Assembly: GCA_023920165.1 (NCBI GenBank)
Contig: CP089277.1
Span: forward strand, 930,001 to 994,000
Direction: 5' to 3'
Length of the DNA stretch: 64,000 bases
Source of the DNA: Curvularia clavata
Lineage: Eukaryota
The position numbers and the translations under genes are program-made. Positions within the stretch are counted from its first letter, which is position 1; each line of letters starts with the position of its first letter. The notes beneath the pieces are model-generated. The model saw only the letters and a list, made by a program, of their open reading frames with translations, did not search any database and was not told the origin of the DNA. Shown here one piece after another: positions 11,271 through 21,851 of the stretch.

Positions 11271-13022
11271 ATGCTCGTTAACGAAATTCTTCCGCTGCTC
11301 GTGCAGTATTGGCCGCTAGTATTGGCGACGACTACGCTTGCGTTTCTGTTAAACAACAAGTACTGGAAGGGACTCAATAAATATCCTGGACCTGCAGTTG
11401 CTGCATACACAAACTGGTGGAGGTTGTGGGATGTATCCAAGCGGAACCACCAGTGGACGAATATCGCGCTGCATCGCAAGTATGGAGACGTCGTGCGGTT
11501 AGGACCAAACGTTTTGTCTTTTGCGGACCCGAAAGCGATCAAGGCAATTTATGGACTGAACAAGGGCGTTTACAAGGTACGACTATAATCACGAAAAGAG
11601 GATATGTGAAGAACAGTAGCTGACTCTCCTCAGTCTGACTTTTATCCTGTTCAAGGCGCAGTGGCCAAAGGTCAAACGCTGCTATCTCTCTTTTCCACCA
11701 CCGATGAAGACTTTCACGCCAAGTACCGCCGATGCGTAAACAATGCTTTTGCCATGAGCTCGCTCGTCAATTACGAGCCTCTTGTGAGCTCGACACTAAC
11801 TTACTGGCTGGATCGAACCGAGCAGATCTACGCGAACTCTGGTAGCAGCTGCAACTTTAGCCAGTGGCTGCAGTTCTTCGCTTTCGATGTCATTGGCGAG
11901 TTGACATGGAGCAAGCGTCTTGGTTTCGTTGAAGGCAACAAGGATGTAGACAACATTATCTCTTTCTTGGGCAAATTCTTCGACTATGTCGCACCAGTAT
12001 GTTATTCCCCAAGCCTCCTGATCTAGCATTATACTCACACTCCCTAGGTCGGTCAAATCCCCATCCTCGACCGTTTCCTCTGGAAAAACCCCATCGTTCT
12101 CTTCGCCCAGCGCATCGGCCTGGACAAGCGTGTACATCCCGTCACCGCCTTCGCTATGAGCCGCTCCAACGAGCGCGCCGGTCAAGTCGAAAAAATCAAG
12201 CGCTTCGGCCTTTCCGACGATGAGCGCGCCAACCCGCGCGGTATCGATCTCCTCTCCAAGTTCGCCCAAGCCAGCCACGACCACGAGTTCATGGACGACA
12301 AACGCATCCTCTCCACCTGCACCTCCATGGTCTTTGCCGGATCAGAAACAACCGCCATCTCCCTCTCTGCCGTCTTCTACTTCCTCGTCAAGCACCCGCA
12401 CGTCTACGCAAAGCTCATGCAGGAACTCGACCGCGCCGTTGCCGACGGCGTTGTTGAATCCCGCCCCGATAAAACCGTCTCGTGGTCCGAAGCTCAGAAA
12501 CTGCCTTACCTTGACGCAGTCATCCAGGAGTCTTTCCGCATCCACCCCGCCCCAGGTCTTATTCTCGAACGTGTTGTGCCTCCGCAAGGAATGCAGATTA
12601 ACGGTGACTTCATCCCCGGTGGTACCATTGTCGGATGCAACGCTTGGGTCGTGCATCGTCGCCCTGAAGTCTTTGGGTATGATGTGGATACCTTTAGGCC
12701 GGAGCGCTGGCTCGAAGCCAGCCCAGAGAAGCTCAAGGAGATGAAGGGCACGATGCTCCAGTTTGGTGCGGGCGCCAGGACGTGCATTGGCAAGAATATT
12801 AGTCTCCTGGAGATTTACAAGCTCGTCCCGAGCTTTTTGAGGAGGTTTGAGGTAAGCTTTTTTCCCCCAGCCGATCTTGCTATGGTCTTTTTTGGGAGAT
12901 GCTAACGATAGTGCTAGATTGAGCTTGATCGTCCCAATGCAGAGTGGAAGACGCATAATGCGTGGTTTGTTACTCAGAGGGAGTTTAACACTAGATTCAG
13001 GCCGAGGAGGACTTCGCCATAG
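11271..13022 (+). CDS. Cytochrome P450 monooxygenase (pisatin demethylase/CYP57-like group)
   Basis: Exons 11271-11576, 11634-11996, 12048-12851, 12918-13022 with canonical GT-AG introns. N-terminal membrane anchor, PGP hinge, AGSETT I-helix, ESFR (ExxR), PERW and heme motif FGAGARTCIG. Confidence 0.93.
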
Positions 13023-13711
13023 AGTGGTGGAGGAAAAAATAGAGTTGTGGTGATTTTTTGATGTTTTGATAATCGTGTGCAAGCGTTCTAGCGTATTTTT
13101 TGGAATAGATTACTTTGGTCATTTCTCATACCAAGATCATTTTTTTCCCATGTGACAAGTCCACTGTGAATGGCATCCGTAAACACGTGTTTATCTATCA
13201 GACTAACCCCGCTGTTGTATCACACAGCTAGATGGGCTTGGCCACTGCCATCACACAAGCTTAGGTGCACAACCAGATCCATGGAGTACGCATCACTCCC
13301 TAGGCCCGATTCTCATCTATTCGGAGCTCAAACTGAGGTCCGGCCCCACGTCTTGCATGTATCCGAAGGGATCATCGGCCAAGGGAGGAGAAAATCAGCA
13401 TCAGTCTCACTATCGCCATTGCCATGGTTCCAGCCCCGGTTTCATGTTTGTGAAGGACCGAGATGGCGGGGTGCTGACGGCCAAGCCGATAGGTGAAGCG
13501 ATGGGTTTGGACGGCGAAGGGTCAGTAGAGTGGAGTGGGTTTTAGATATGTCGGTTATGGCTGCATGTTTCTCAACGCTGTGGAATGAAGTTGGGGAATT
13601 GATTCAATTCTCGATGCTTAACTCTATGTACCCAGTCGGAGCCATGGGCACAGTCGTTGTTAGGAACGGAGTCATGCTTTCGACCTTGGAAGGGGTGGTA
13701 GTGAGATGATA

Positions 13712-13760
13712 CGATGCCTCGTCAAGGGTTTCGCAACGCTACGTAGCCTCAGCCACCCCC
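13712..13760 (+). repeat. Left terminal inverted repeat (degenerate) of the Tc1-like element
   Basis: TA|CGATGCCTCGTCAAGGGTTTCGCAACGCTAC aligns with the reverse complement of the right end, TA|CAGTACTAAGTCAAAAGTTTCGCAAACTAC (shared GTCAA and GTTTCGCAA, followed by CCACCCCCA tracts). Confidence 0.65.
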
Positions 13761-15514
13761 CAACCCCCCACCACCTTCATCACCACTTTGGACGCCCACC
13801 ACCAGCACTGCACAACTCGATAGCTGAGTGGAAGTAATTTGGCGCGCGGTCCAAATATGACATCGGCTGAGCGAAATGTTGCAATCCGAATATCGCAGCG
13901 GGGTTGCAACGTTCGCAGAAGTCGTGACCAAGTTTGGGTACACGCCATCTACTATCCACCAACTTCTAGAAAGTTATCTACCACCACCACGCGCGACAGG
14001 CCTCGATCCGGGCGACCAAATATAATATCGACTCAGTACACTATCGACTCATCAGAAGAAGATTATCCGTCGGGCTGCACGCGCAACACCAAAAAATGAT
14101 ATAAAAAGCTCGCCAAAGTAGCTATTATCGTACAACCCAATAGGACCCCTTCGAAGCCTCGTAGCTACGGTAGACCATACCGGGTGCTATGCAGTCAAGA
14201 TCTACGCAAGTTTCGCTATAAACACCGACTAAAAACCACCAAATATTATGTCGAGAAGCATCTCATCTTCGCTCGCTGGGAACTTTTCTTGGCGTCGCCA
14301 TATAGTTAAGTTCTCAGACGAGTGCTCTATTCAGAAGGGCTCTGGCGCCACAACTGAGTGGTGTTTTCGCTATCCAGAAGAGAAATGGAAGAGACGCATG
14401 ATAACAGAAATATCCACTGGTAAAATAGCACAACAGATGGTGTGGGGAGCTATATGGCTGGATGAACGTGGGCGCAGTTGGCAGGAGTCCTCTCGTAATT
14501 ATGGAAAGGTATCCCAATGTGCCCCCGTGGTGGCTACAGCAGCCAAAGTTACATCCAAGTCCTTTGTCGGGGCTGCTCTCTCACTACCGTCCAAATCAGA
14601 TCTTCATGCAAGACAACGCGCGTATACATACTGCCCGAGTTGTCCGAACTTTTCTCGCGGATCGCCAGATTACAACACTTGACTGGCCAGCTTACTCACC
14701 AGATCTCAACCCTATTGAGCACCTCTGGTGAGTTCCTTTGAAAAAACGCATGCGCCAATTCTATCTATAATATAGTATAGCTGAAGAAGAATGGGGTGGT
14801 TTTGTAAGGCTCTAAAAGATTTCTGGTGTCGACTACCGGATGGGCTAATTACTCTACCGACTTCGTCTATGCCGCGTCGCCTCGTGGCTTACCAACGCGT
14901 GCGGGGCTATCAAACAAAATACTAGTATATAGAGAATATGTCTAGTTTTCAGACTTGAAAAAAAAATGTGGTTTTGGTGGAGAAGCCGGTAGTTGCAGCT
15001 AGCGAGGTATAACTTTTGTCTCAAAGCTATAGAAAGGGATTCCTGCGCTCCCTATAGTGCCTGCTCTGGCTTAAGTTACATAAAAACCGTTCGTCAGGGA
15101 CTACTCCCTTACTACCGACCGGGACAGATCTTCATGCAAGACAACGCACGCATACATACAGCCCGAGTAGTCCGGACGTTTCTCGCGGATCACCAGATCT
15201 CAATCCTATTGAGCACCTCTGGTGGGTTCTTAAAAACACATGCACCAATTCTACCCACAATATAACAATTATAGCGTAGCAGAGGAAGAGTGAAATGTTT
15301 TTTGTAAGGCTCTAAAAGACTGCTGGCGGCGTATACCGCGCAGCTACATTGAGGCTCTAATTAGCTCAATGCCGCGCCATGTAGCAGCTTGTCGAGCTGC
15401 AAAATGCTGGCAACCCAAATAATAGTATTTAGGAATAGAATCTATTTGTCAGACTTCAAGAATATGTTGTTTTGGTGGAGATTTTGGTGGTAGAGTCATG
15501 TTAGGTAAGTTTTG

Positions 15515-15563
15515 GTGGGGGTGGGGATTCGGAGTAGTTTGCGAAACTTTTGACTTAGTACTG
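15515..15563 (-). repeat. Right terminal inverted repeat of the Tc1-like element
   Basis: Ends ...GCGAAACTTTTGACTTAGTACTG|TA, giving the canonical Tc1 CAGT terminus with a TA target site. Confidence 0.75.
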
Positions 15564-16090
15564 TATCTCTACAAAATAACAATTGGTAAATCAATATGCC
15601 GCACCCCTGCTATTTGTTAGCACAAAAATTAAACAACTACAATAATAACAGTGATACAATACATAATCCGCTTTTTTTGCGCTGCCAAGAGATGCGCCTC
15701 ATCGCTTCTTCCCCAGAGTATGCTGACATCATAGCTCCACCACACCATCGACACGCATCGCGCTCGCCAACGCCATCGGTGATGCGGCTCCCTGCATCTC
15801 AGGGTCATCATCGCAATGTAAGCGCCATTGATGCAGAATTTGTGTCGACCTAAGGGAAAAAGCACGGCCATAACAGAGAATGCCATCCTTGGACCCGTAT
15901 TAACGTCATTTCTCTCATAAAACAGCTCTGTTGTTCTAGAGCTGAGTGCATTATTTTCGAATCTGAGTATTACATCAGAGGTCCACCACTATACATAAGG
16001 GGCGTGTTGATCTCATCTACGCTTTACATTCATATCAAAAAAATAGGAGCAGAAGAGGTTACAAAATTCCATCCAACTCTACCAGCAACA

Positions 16091-16756
16091 ATGGCATCCA
16101 AGTTCCTCCGACTAAACCGCAACTTTCTCCTCGCACGCCCAACAAGCCAAATCCCATCCTCAACACCATCTCCATTCCGCCAACGCACCCTCGCCAATGA
16201 CCTCAGCAACCACACCACCCGCCCCTTCTCCCTCACAGCCCGCCAATCCATCAAAGTAGATTCAGACTTTATATCTCAAATCACCGCCGCGGAAAAGAAA
16301 ATCACTGGCAGCGACCAACCCGTCAAAAACGGGCCCACTGCGAAAGCCCAAGCGCACGTCGGCCAGGACCTCACTGCACAGATAATCCACGACATCACCC
16401 TGGGCGAGAAGACAATCACCGGTAGCGATGAGCCATTCAAAGGGGGTCCGACCGCATTCGCGCAATCCGCCTTAACCAACAATACCACCAACAGCAGTGC
16501 TTCAGACAGGCCCTCCGGCACCCTCGACTCGAACACTCTGCACAAGATCACGGAAGCCGAGAAGAAAATCACAGGCCAGTCGCGGCCCGTGAAAGACGGG
16601 CCTGCGGCTCATGCGCAGAGTCATGCCAAAGAGCCGATTACTAGTCAGGCGCTGCATGACATCACTGTGGGCGAGAAGAAGATTACGGGGGGAGAGCGGG
16701 TGAAGGGTGGACCGACGGCGACGGCGCAGAGTGAGTTGAGTAGGAGTCGATCTTGA
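16091..16756 (+). CDS. SMP (seed maturation protein)/LEA-like four-repeat protein with a probable mitochondrial presequence
   Basis: ATG in ACAATGG context. N-terminus MASKFLRLNRNFLLARPT is Arg/Leu/Ser-rich and lacks acidic residues. Four repeats of IT.(A/G)EK.ITG...P.K.GP.A.AQ. Confidence 0.75.
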   Translation: MASKFLRLNRNFLLARPTSQIPSSTPSPFRQRTLANDLSNHTTRPFSLTARQSIKVDSDFISQITAAEKKITGSDQPVKNGPTAKAQAHVGQDLTAQIIHDITLGEKTITGSDEPFKGGPTAFAQSALTNNTTNSSASDRPSGTLDSNTLHKITEAEKKITGQSRPVKDGPAAHAQSHAKEPITSQALHDITVGEKKITGGERVKGGPTATAQSELSRSRS

Positions 16757-17110
16757 GGTGTTCCATTGCTCTCTGAATAGAGAAAGGACTTTTAGGTTAC
16801 CTGGTTTTTTTTTTTCACGTGTATTAGTAAGTATGTATGCTGTATCGTGATTCACTATACGAGGAAAGTTGCCGTCGTTGAACAGAAGTTGGTAGAGGGC
16901 TGTACGATATTGAGGTCGGGATTGGAAAAAGAGAAGGCATGAGGACTGGGGGTATCATTATTATAGAATTAGAATTTATGAGTGACGCAACTTATGCTGT
17001 CTTCGATTCGATAGCAGAAAAAAGGTACATATTGTTGTTCGAAGGAGACGATACCAAAGTAACACACACATACTATACTAGCAGTATTCTCCAACACAAA
17101 GCTATCCATC

Positions 17111-19663
17111 TCATCCCCGTAACTGCCCACCTTTAAACCATCCAACACCAGTACTAGCCACATCCTTCCACTTCTCGAAACTCCTACTTTTTCCAAACCG
17201 ATAGGGGCGGTTGGTGATTCTCTCGAATCTATCTTGAAGCGAGACATCGCTGGAAGCACCCAAGTTGCCTGTCTCGACGTCTCCGTAGATTTCGGCTTCT
17301 CGGAAGCCCAGGGCTGACTCTGCGCCTTGCCTCGAGGTTGCTGAACTTACCCTTGGTCGGGGAAGAGGTCTGATAATAACGGTATCGTTGGATTGAATGC
17401 GGCGCAGACGATCTTGGGGATCTACTGTCTCACCATCAACTAGAACCCTGTCGTTACGACTGTATGATGGTTTACAATGGTCGAAGTTTGAGTTGGCTCG
17501 GCGGAGTTTATATTTGCGAGGACTTTGTTCAAGAGCTTGGCCCAGCTCTTGGATAGTTTCGTCTCGGTCGCGATTACGCTGCAGCGATTGCATACGTGGT
17601 GCGGCAAAGGCGCAGCCTTGAATGTTTTGAGAGGGACGACATCCGAGGCGTGAAGGTGAAGCGCGTGCTGTGCGTTTTTCTTCGATGGCCATGGCGACTT
17701 GGGCTACAGAGTTGGGCACTAGGTCAAGAGAGTTCTGCGGCGAAGATCAGCAACTGAAGAGAAGAGGACTTGTCTTGAGACGCACCATATGGATAAGCAC
17801 AATCGGCAGCTGGATAGTGACGAGCTTTCTGGCACATGTCAGCTTAATCAGCAAGGAGGACCTGTATGCCAACATGTGTGCACTGCAGACGATGACGTTG
17901 AGAAAATACCGAACCTCAAAGTATTTACCTGGACCGTTAGCACTCAGTTCCTACAGCTTCCATACTGACCTACCACACTTCACTGTAGCATGCCCACGGG
18001 GTATTTCCAGGTCGCAGGTACGAAGGTGAGTTTGACACGGAGCCACACCGTGCCAACCGGGAGAGCTTTGTTTTACCGTAACTTTGCTTAGTGTGGAACG
18101 CTCGTTGGTGTCGAGGATGCGAGCCTGACCGGCAGACTTTTCTATGGTGGACGCAGCAGCCTATGCAGCGTCATGTCAGTATTATCAAGAACCAGCAGAA
18201 CAGCCTCGCTCAACAAACATGCTTGTAGCATAATATGTCTCTTTCGAGTTGAAGCTCAATTTTCTTCACAGTCTTGTGGCTATTGTTGACAATATGCACA
18301 TCGACATATATATTTGTACCGCTGACCCAGACCTGGCGATGCAAGCCTGCAGTGACGCGGACAACCTCCACAGTTGTCTCGCGAGGCTTGGTCCACTCAT
18401 CAGATGCAGTCAGTGGACTAGGAAGTGACATGAGCGCCTTTTCAGCTGCCACAGATTAGAACCACCCACAAAGCTGAAGTCCTGGGAGACCATACGATCA
18501 TATACTGACAATACCGTTACGTCTTCAGAGGTGCTCACGACATGCCGTTTGTCCCGGTCATGGATAACGATGGAGGCGCAGAGTAGATATCGGATCCTCG
18601 CATTCTTCGAGTAGAATGGAGGAGGCCCAACGTCAAGTGGAAGACTGAGGTTAAATGCAAGATTGGTCACGGAAGGCATGAGATGCCAGAACGGATCCTC
18701 TGAGCCAATCGGCTCTTGGGTATCGACCATGCTCTGGGGCGGAGGGTTCTCCTCATCAATAAGTTCTGTAGCCAGATTCAAGAACAAAGCCCGTCTGTTG
18801 CCGCTGGTCTCCTCCACACCAAGCAAGTCAACGGATATCCGAGCAACGCCAAGCGTTCGTCTATAGCGTACCCGCTCCGCATCATCGATGTTTATCTGCA
18901 CAGTACCCTCGATAGAACCTCCTCCAACGAATATGCCTGCGGATAAACACAGGCCGAGCTGGATTCGTGGGTGGCGATATGATATGACATCTAGAAGTTG
19001 CTTCGACGGATGCTCACGAATAAATGTTCTAGAGGGTATACGCCTGTTGGTGTCGTGTGCGATGGGGTCGAAGCGAGCAGCGATGTGACGAACAGGAGAC
19101 TGCGGTTGACCATGATTAGGAATGATATTGGTTTTGTCTTTGAGAGGAGATGGGAGCCCGATCTGAGTAGAGTTGAACGATGTTGCTGCTGTGTTCTGTG
19201 CTGTGTCTGTCAGTGGTTTTCGCGGTGCCTGTTGCACCCTAGAAGTACTGTGTGGGCGGGACCTTGACGATGACCGCAGTGGTACGTTGCTTGCAGAAAC
19301 ACAATGTATATTTGACTTTGTGATGTGGTCTACAAGATTTGGAGGTGACGGCGTCCTTGACGGTCTGCCTCGGCGAATGCATCCTAAGCCACTGCTCTCG
19401 AAGCTGTTCTTTTTGCTCGGCACTGTATCCGTACCATGCCGGACGTCGTCGTCGTCGTGACACCGTCTCGAGACGCTAGATGGTCCCGGCGACATTCCGC
19501 TGCAGGAGAGACTGCGGGGAAGAGTGTCGACTGGGATGTTGGCTGGCAAAGTATCGGTAATGCTCGACTCGGTTACTTCACCAATATCCGATAGAGGCCG
19601 GGGTTTCACGAGGGGAAAGACGACCGAATGTGCCCCAAGTTCATTTATCTGGTTGGTAGCCAT
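17111..19663 (-). CDS. Arrestin-domain protein (fungal alpha-arrestin-like) with a long disordered N-terminus
   Basis: Exons 19663-18496, 18445-18219, 18160-17974, 17928-17874, 17828-17786, 17734-17111 splice into one frame. Motifs FVGGGSIEG, ISVDLLGVEE, LPLDVGPPPF, HRQVWVSG, KIELQLERD, CDLEIPRGHATVKCGKYFEVRYFL, QLPIVLIHMNSLD. Confidence 0.85.
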
Positions 19664-21578
19664 GGTTTTGCAGAGTAAGCTGAAGCAAGGAACGAAAACT
19701 GGTATACGCGGGAGTATTCGGAATGAACCCCTCAAAGTATGTAATTGATGCCAGATGTGGTAGCTGTGAAGAGGGGAAGAAGCCATAAGACGACGTCAAG
19801 GCTACGACATGCTGTGAGACGAGAAGGGGCTGTCACTTGAGGTTTGCATGAAGAGAGGAGGCCCAGTCACTTTGAGAGGGGGTCAATGCAACTGGCGAGG
19901 TCGCAAGGCAAGAGCGATGGGATGTTATTTGCTCTTTCCACAATCATGTCACACAGAATAGGCAAGTCAGCTAGAGCGAGGAGAAGGAGCAAAGTCAAGG
20001 GTGAAAAAGAACCTGGTCACGACAACGTGGTTTGCTCCAAGCCAGGTCATATCTTGCAATCTAGTGGGCATCCGCGCGCGTATAGTGCAGTGCAACGTGG
20101 TGGAAAGTTGGTCTGGGGAAGAAACGTGTTTGGCCATGGGGCTCCTTGGTGTTGGAGTGGAGAGTCGAGTCTCCAACTGTGGACGATTGTCTTGCCTGAT
20201 TGGGCAAGCGCATGCGAGGGCATACGCAGCTGTGACCCACCACGTGCACACAAGGTGGAGAGGGGAAGTTTGCTTCGAGTGCGATGGATGGAAAGCCTCA
20301 CGATGCACTGGTATTATGAGGGTAGCAGCCAGCGTGCTTGGAAGCAAGTCTCGACCGTGTGCAGGTCAGCTGGGGAGGGCAGCCGAAGGGCGCTATGGCT
20401 GCTCTGGGCTAACGAGGCTCAGGTGGTGCATAAAGGCGACCGCTTCGGCGATGTCGTGGATAGAACTCGGATAGGGCCAAGCTTTGACGATGGCCCCAAG
20501 GGTGTGTATTCCCAGTTCCCGTCGCAAAGGCAATGGCAGGCGGGCGAAGGTGGCATGGCTGTCGTATTTGGGGCGTGTCAGCGGCGGATCGGAACATGAC
20601 CTGCAGGCAGCGTGACGGGCGCACCCCTCCTCTCGCCGTCAGCCCATGTGTGTGAGCAAGGTGACTTCATACGCCGGCCTCGGGCGCAGGCGGCCTCATC
20701 GGTGCAGGGACAGGGCGTGCCGACGTCGGCGTCTGGCGACCGTCTCCCGCGCAGTCTGAGCGCATCCCCAGGGCGGAACAAGCCGTGGCCCTTGGCGCAG
20801 CGGGCGCGACGGGTGCTGTGCGAGGCAGAGGAAGGCACAGGAGACGGGCTGGTGGGAGTAGTTAAGCACTGCCCGGGTGTTTGGGCGACAGCAGCGCAGG
20901 GCATGGCGGGCGTGCAGGGCATTGCGACGCTGCCATGGAGAAGCCGGAGAAGCAGCACAAAACTCAGTAGTGGCGCGGGAGCTAGAGGCGCGCTAGGCCC
21001 AAACAGGCTTCGCGATCCAGCCCGGCCGCTGGAGCCATGCTCAGGGCTCTCCACCACGTCGCCAGGGCTCATCCAGTGCAGAGCAGAGCAGACGATTGTC
21101 GACGGAACGCACACGAAAAAAATTATGCTTGCCAGAGCCAGCGACCGGCAGTGCGCAGCGGTGCAGTGCGAGCACCCCGCGAGAAAAATCTGAAGACGTC
21201 GCCGGCCAACCGCCCTCTCCGCCCGCACCCGCGCCCTTTGCAAGCCCACCCGCCCACCAGGCCGCCTCTGGCCAGCCCGCTTGGCCGTCATTGCGCGTGT
21301 TGGAGCTGGTTGGAGCGAGGGTGCCCAGAGCAGGGCAGCGCCAACCGCTGCCATTTGCTGCCGTTTGGTGTCCGCCCATTGACGAGCGCACACTCTGCTG
21401 GGCCAGGGCTTAACCACACGGAGTCGAGCTGGCTGCGCTGGGCAAAAGAGCGTGGTCCGCCCGCCTTTTCAAGTCCAGCACCTCCGCCCCTCACAGGAGC
21501 CCATCTTTTGTTTCCATTACCCAAGAGCTTACCTCACAACTACTGCGCGACCACCCACAGGCCCGAACGCTCTCCTTC

Positions 21579-21851
21579 TTATCAGACATTATCAAAACCC
21601 CATACACACCCTATCGCTCGCCAGTCCCGGCGCTGCGGCTGCCCACCGCAAGCGCGTCTAAGCGACCAGAGCCTCCTGCTCGACTCTTCGACCTGCCTTT
21701 GTCGCCTTTTCCGCTCCGCTTGGCGCCTCTGGGCCCCTCTATCAGCACGGAGGGGTGCGGTGCCCGCAGATGGGAGATAGTCTCGTAACAGATATGACGG
21801 CTCCCGTGGGCAAAGTCGAGGCGCACCGCGATGGTTCGACCTCCTCTATCG
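21579..21851. promoter_or_regulatory. Cluster of HGATAR (GATA-factor/AreA-type) sites around the start of the bZIP gene
   Basis: TTATCA at 21579 and 21589, CTATCG 21611, CTATCA 21739, AGATAG 21775, CTATCG 21846. Confidence 0.4.

Larger units (their letters stand above)
13712..15563 (+). mobile_element. Degenerate composite Tc1/mariner (DD34E) DNA transposon: one frameshifted near-full copy plus a second 3' copy
   Basis: Broken-frame transposase segments: HTH region and RPRSGRP (~13840-14020), FSDECSIQ (~14310), MVWGAIW, FMQDNARIH...WPAYSPDLNPIEHLW (34 residues between D and E). The FMQDNARIH region recurs at ~15130. Diverged inverted ends at 13712 and 15563, each flanked by TA. Confidence 0.88.

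Noticed and set aside
11271..13022. P450 as part of a secondary-metabolite cluster
   Set aside because: No PKS/NRPS/terpene synthase, transporter or cluster-type regulator nearby in this window.
18040..18075. Apparent frameshift in arrestin exon 3
   Set aside because: Careful re-reading shows the frame is continuous (QSSPGWHGVA).
19844..21780. Several 190-280-aa overlapping ORFs between the arrestin and bZIP genes
   Set aside because: GC-rich divergent promoter/leader with few stops; translations look random and overlap on both strands.
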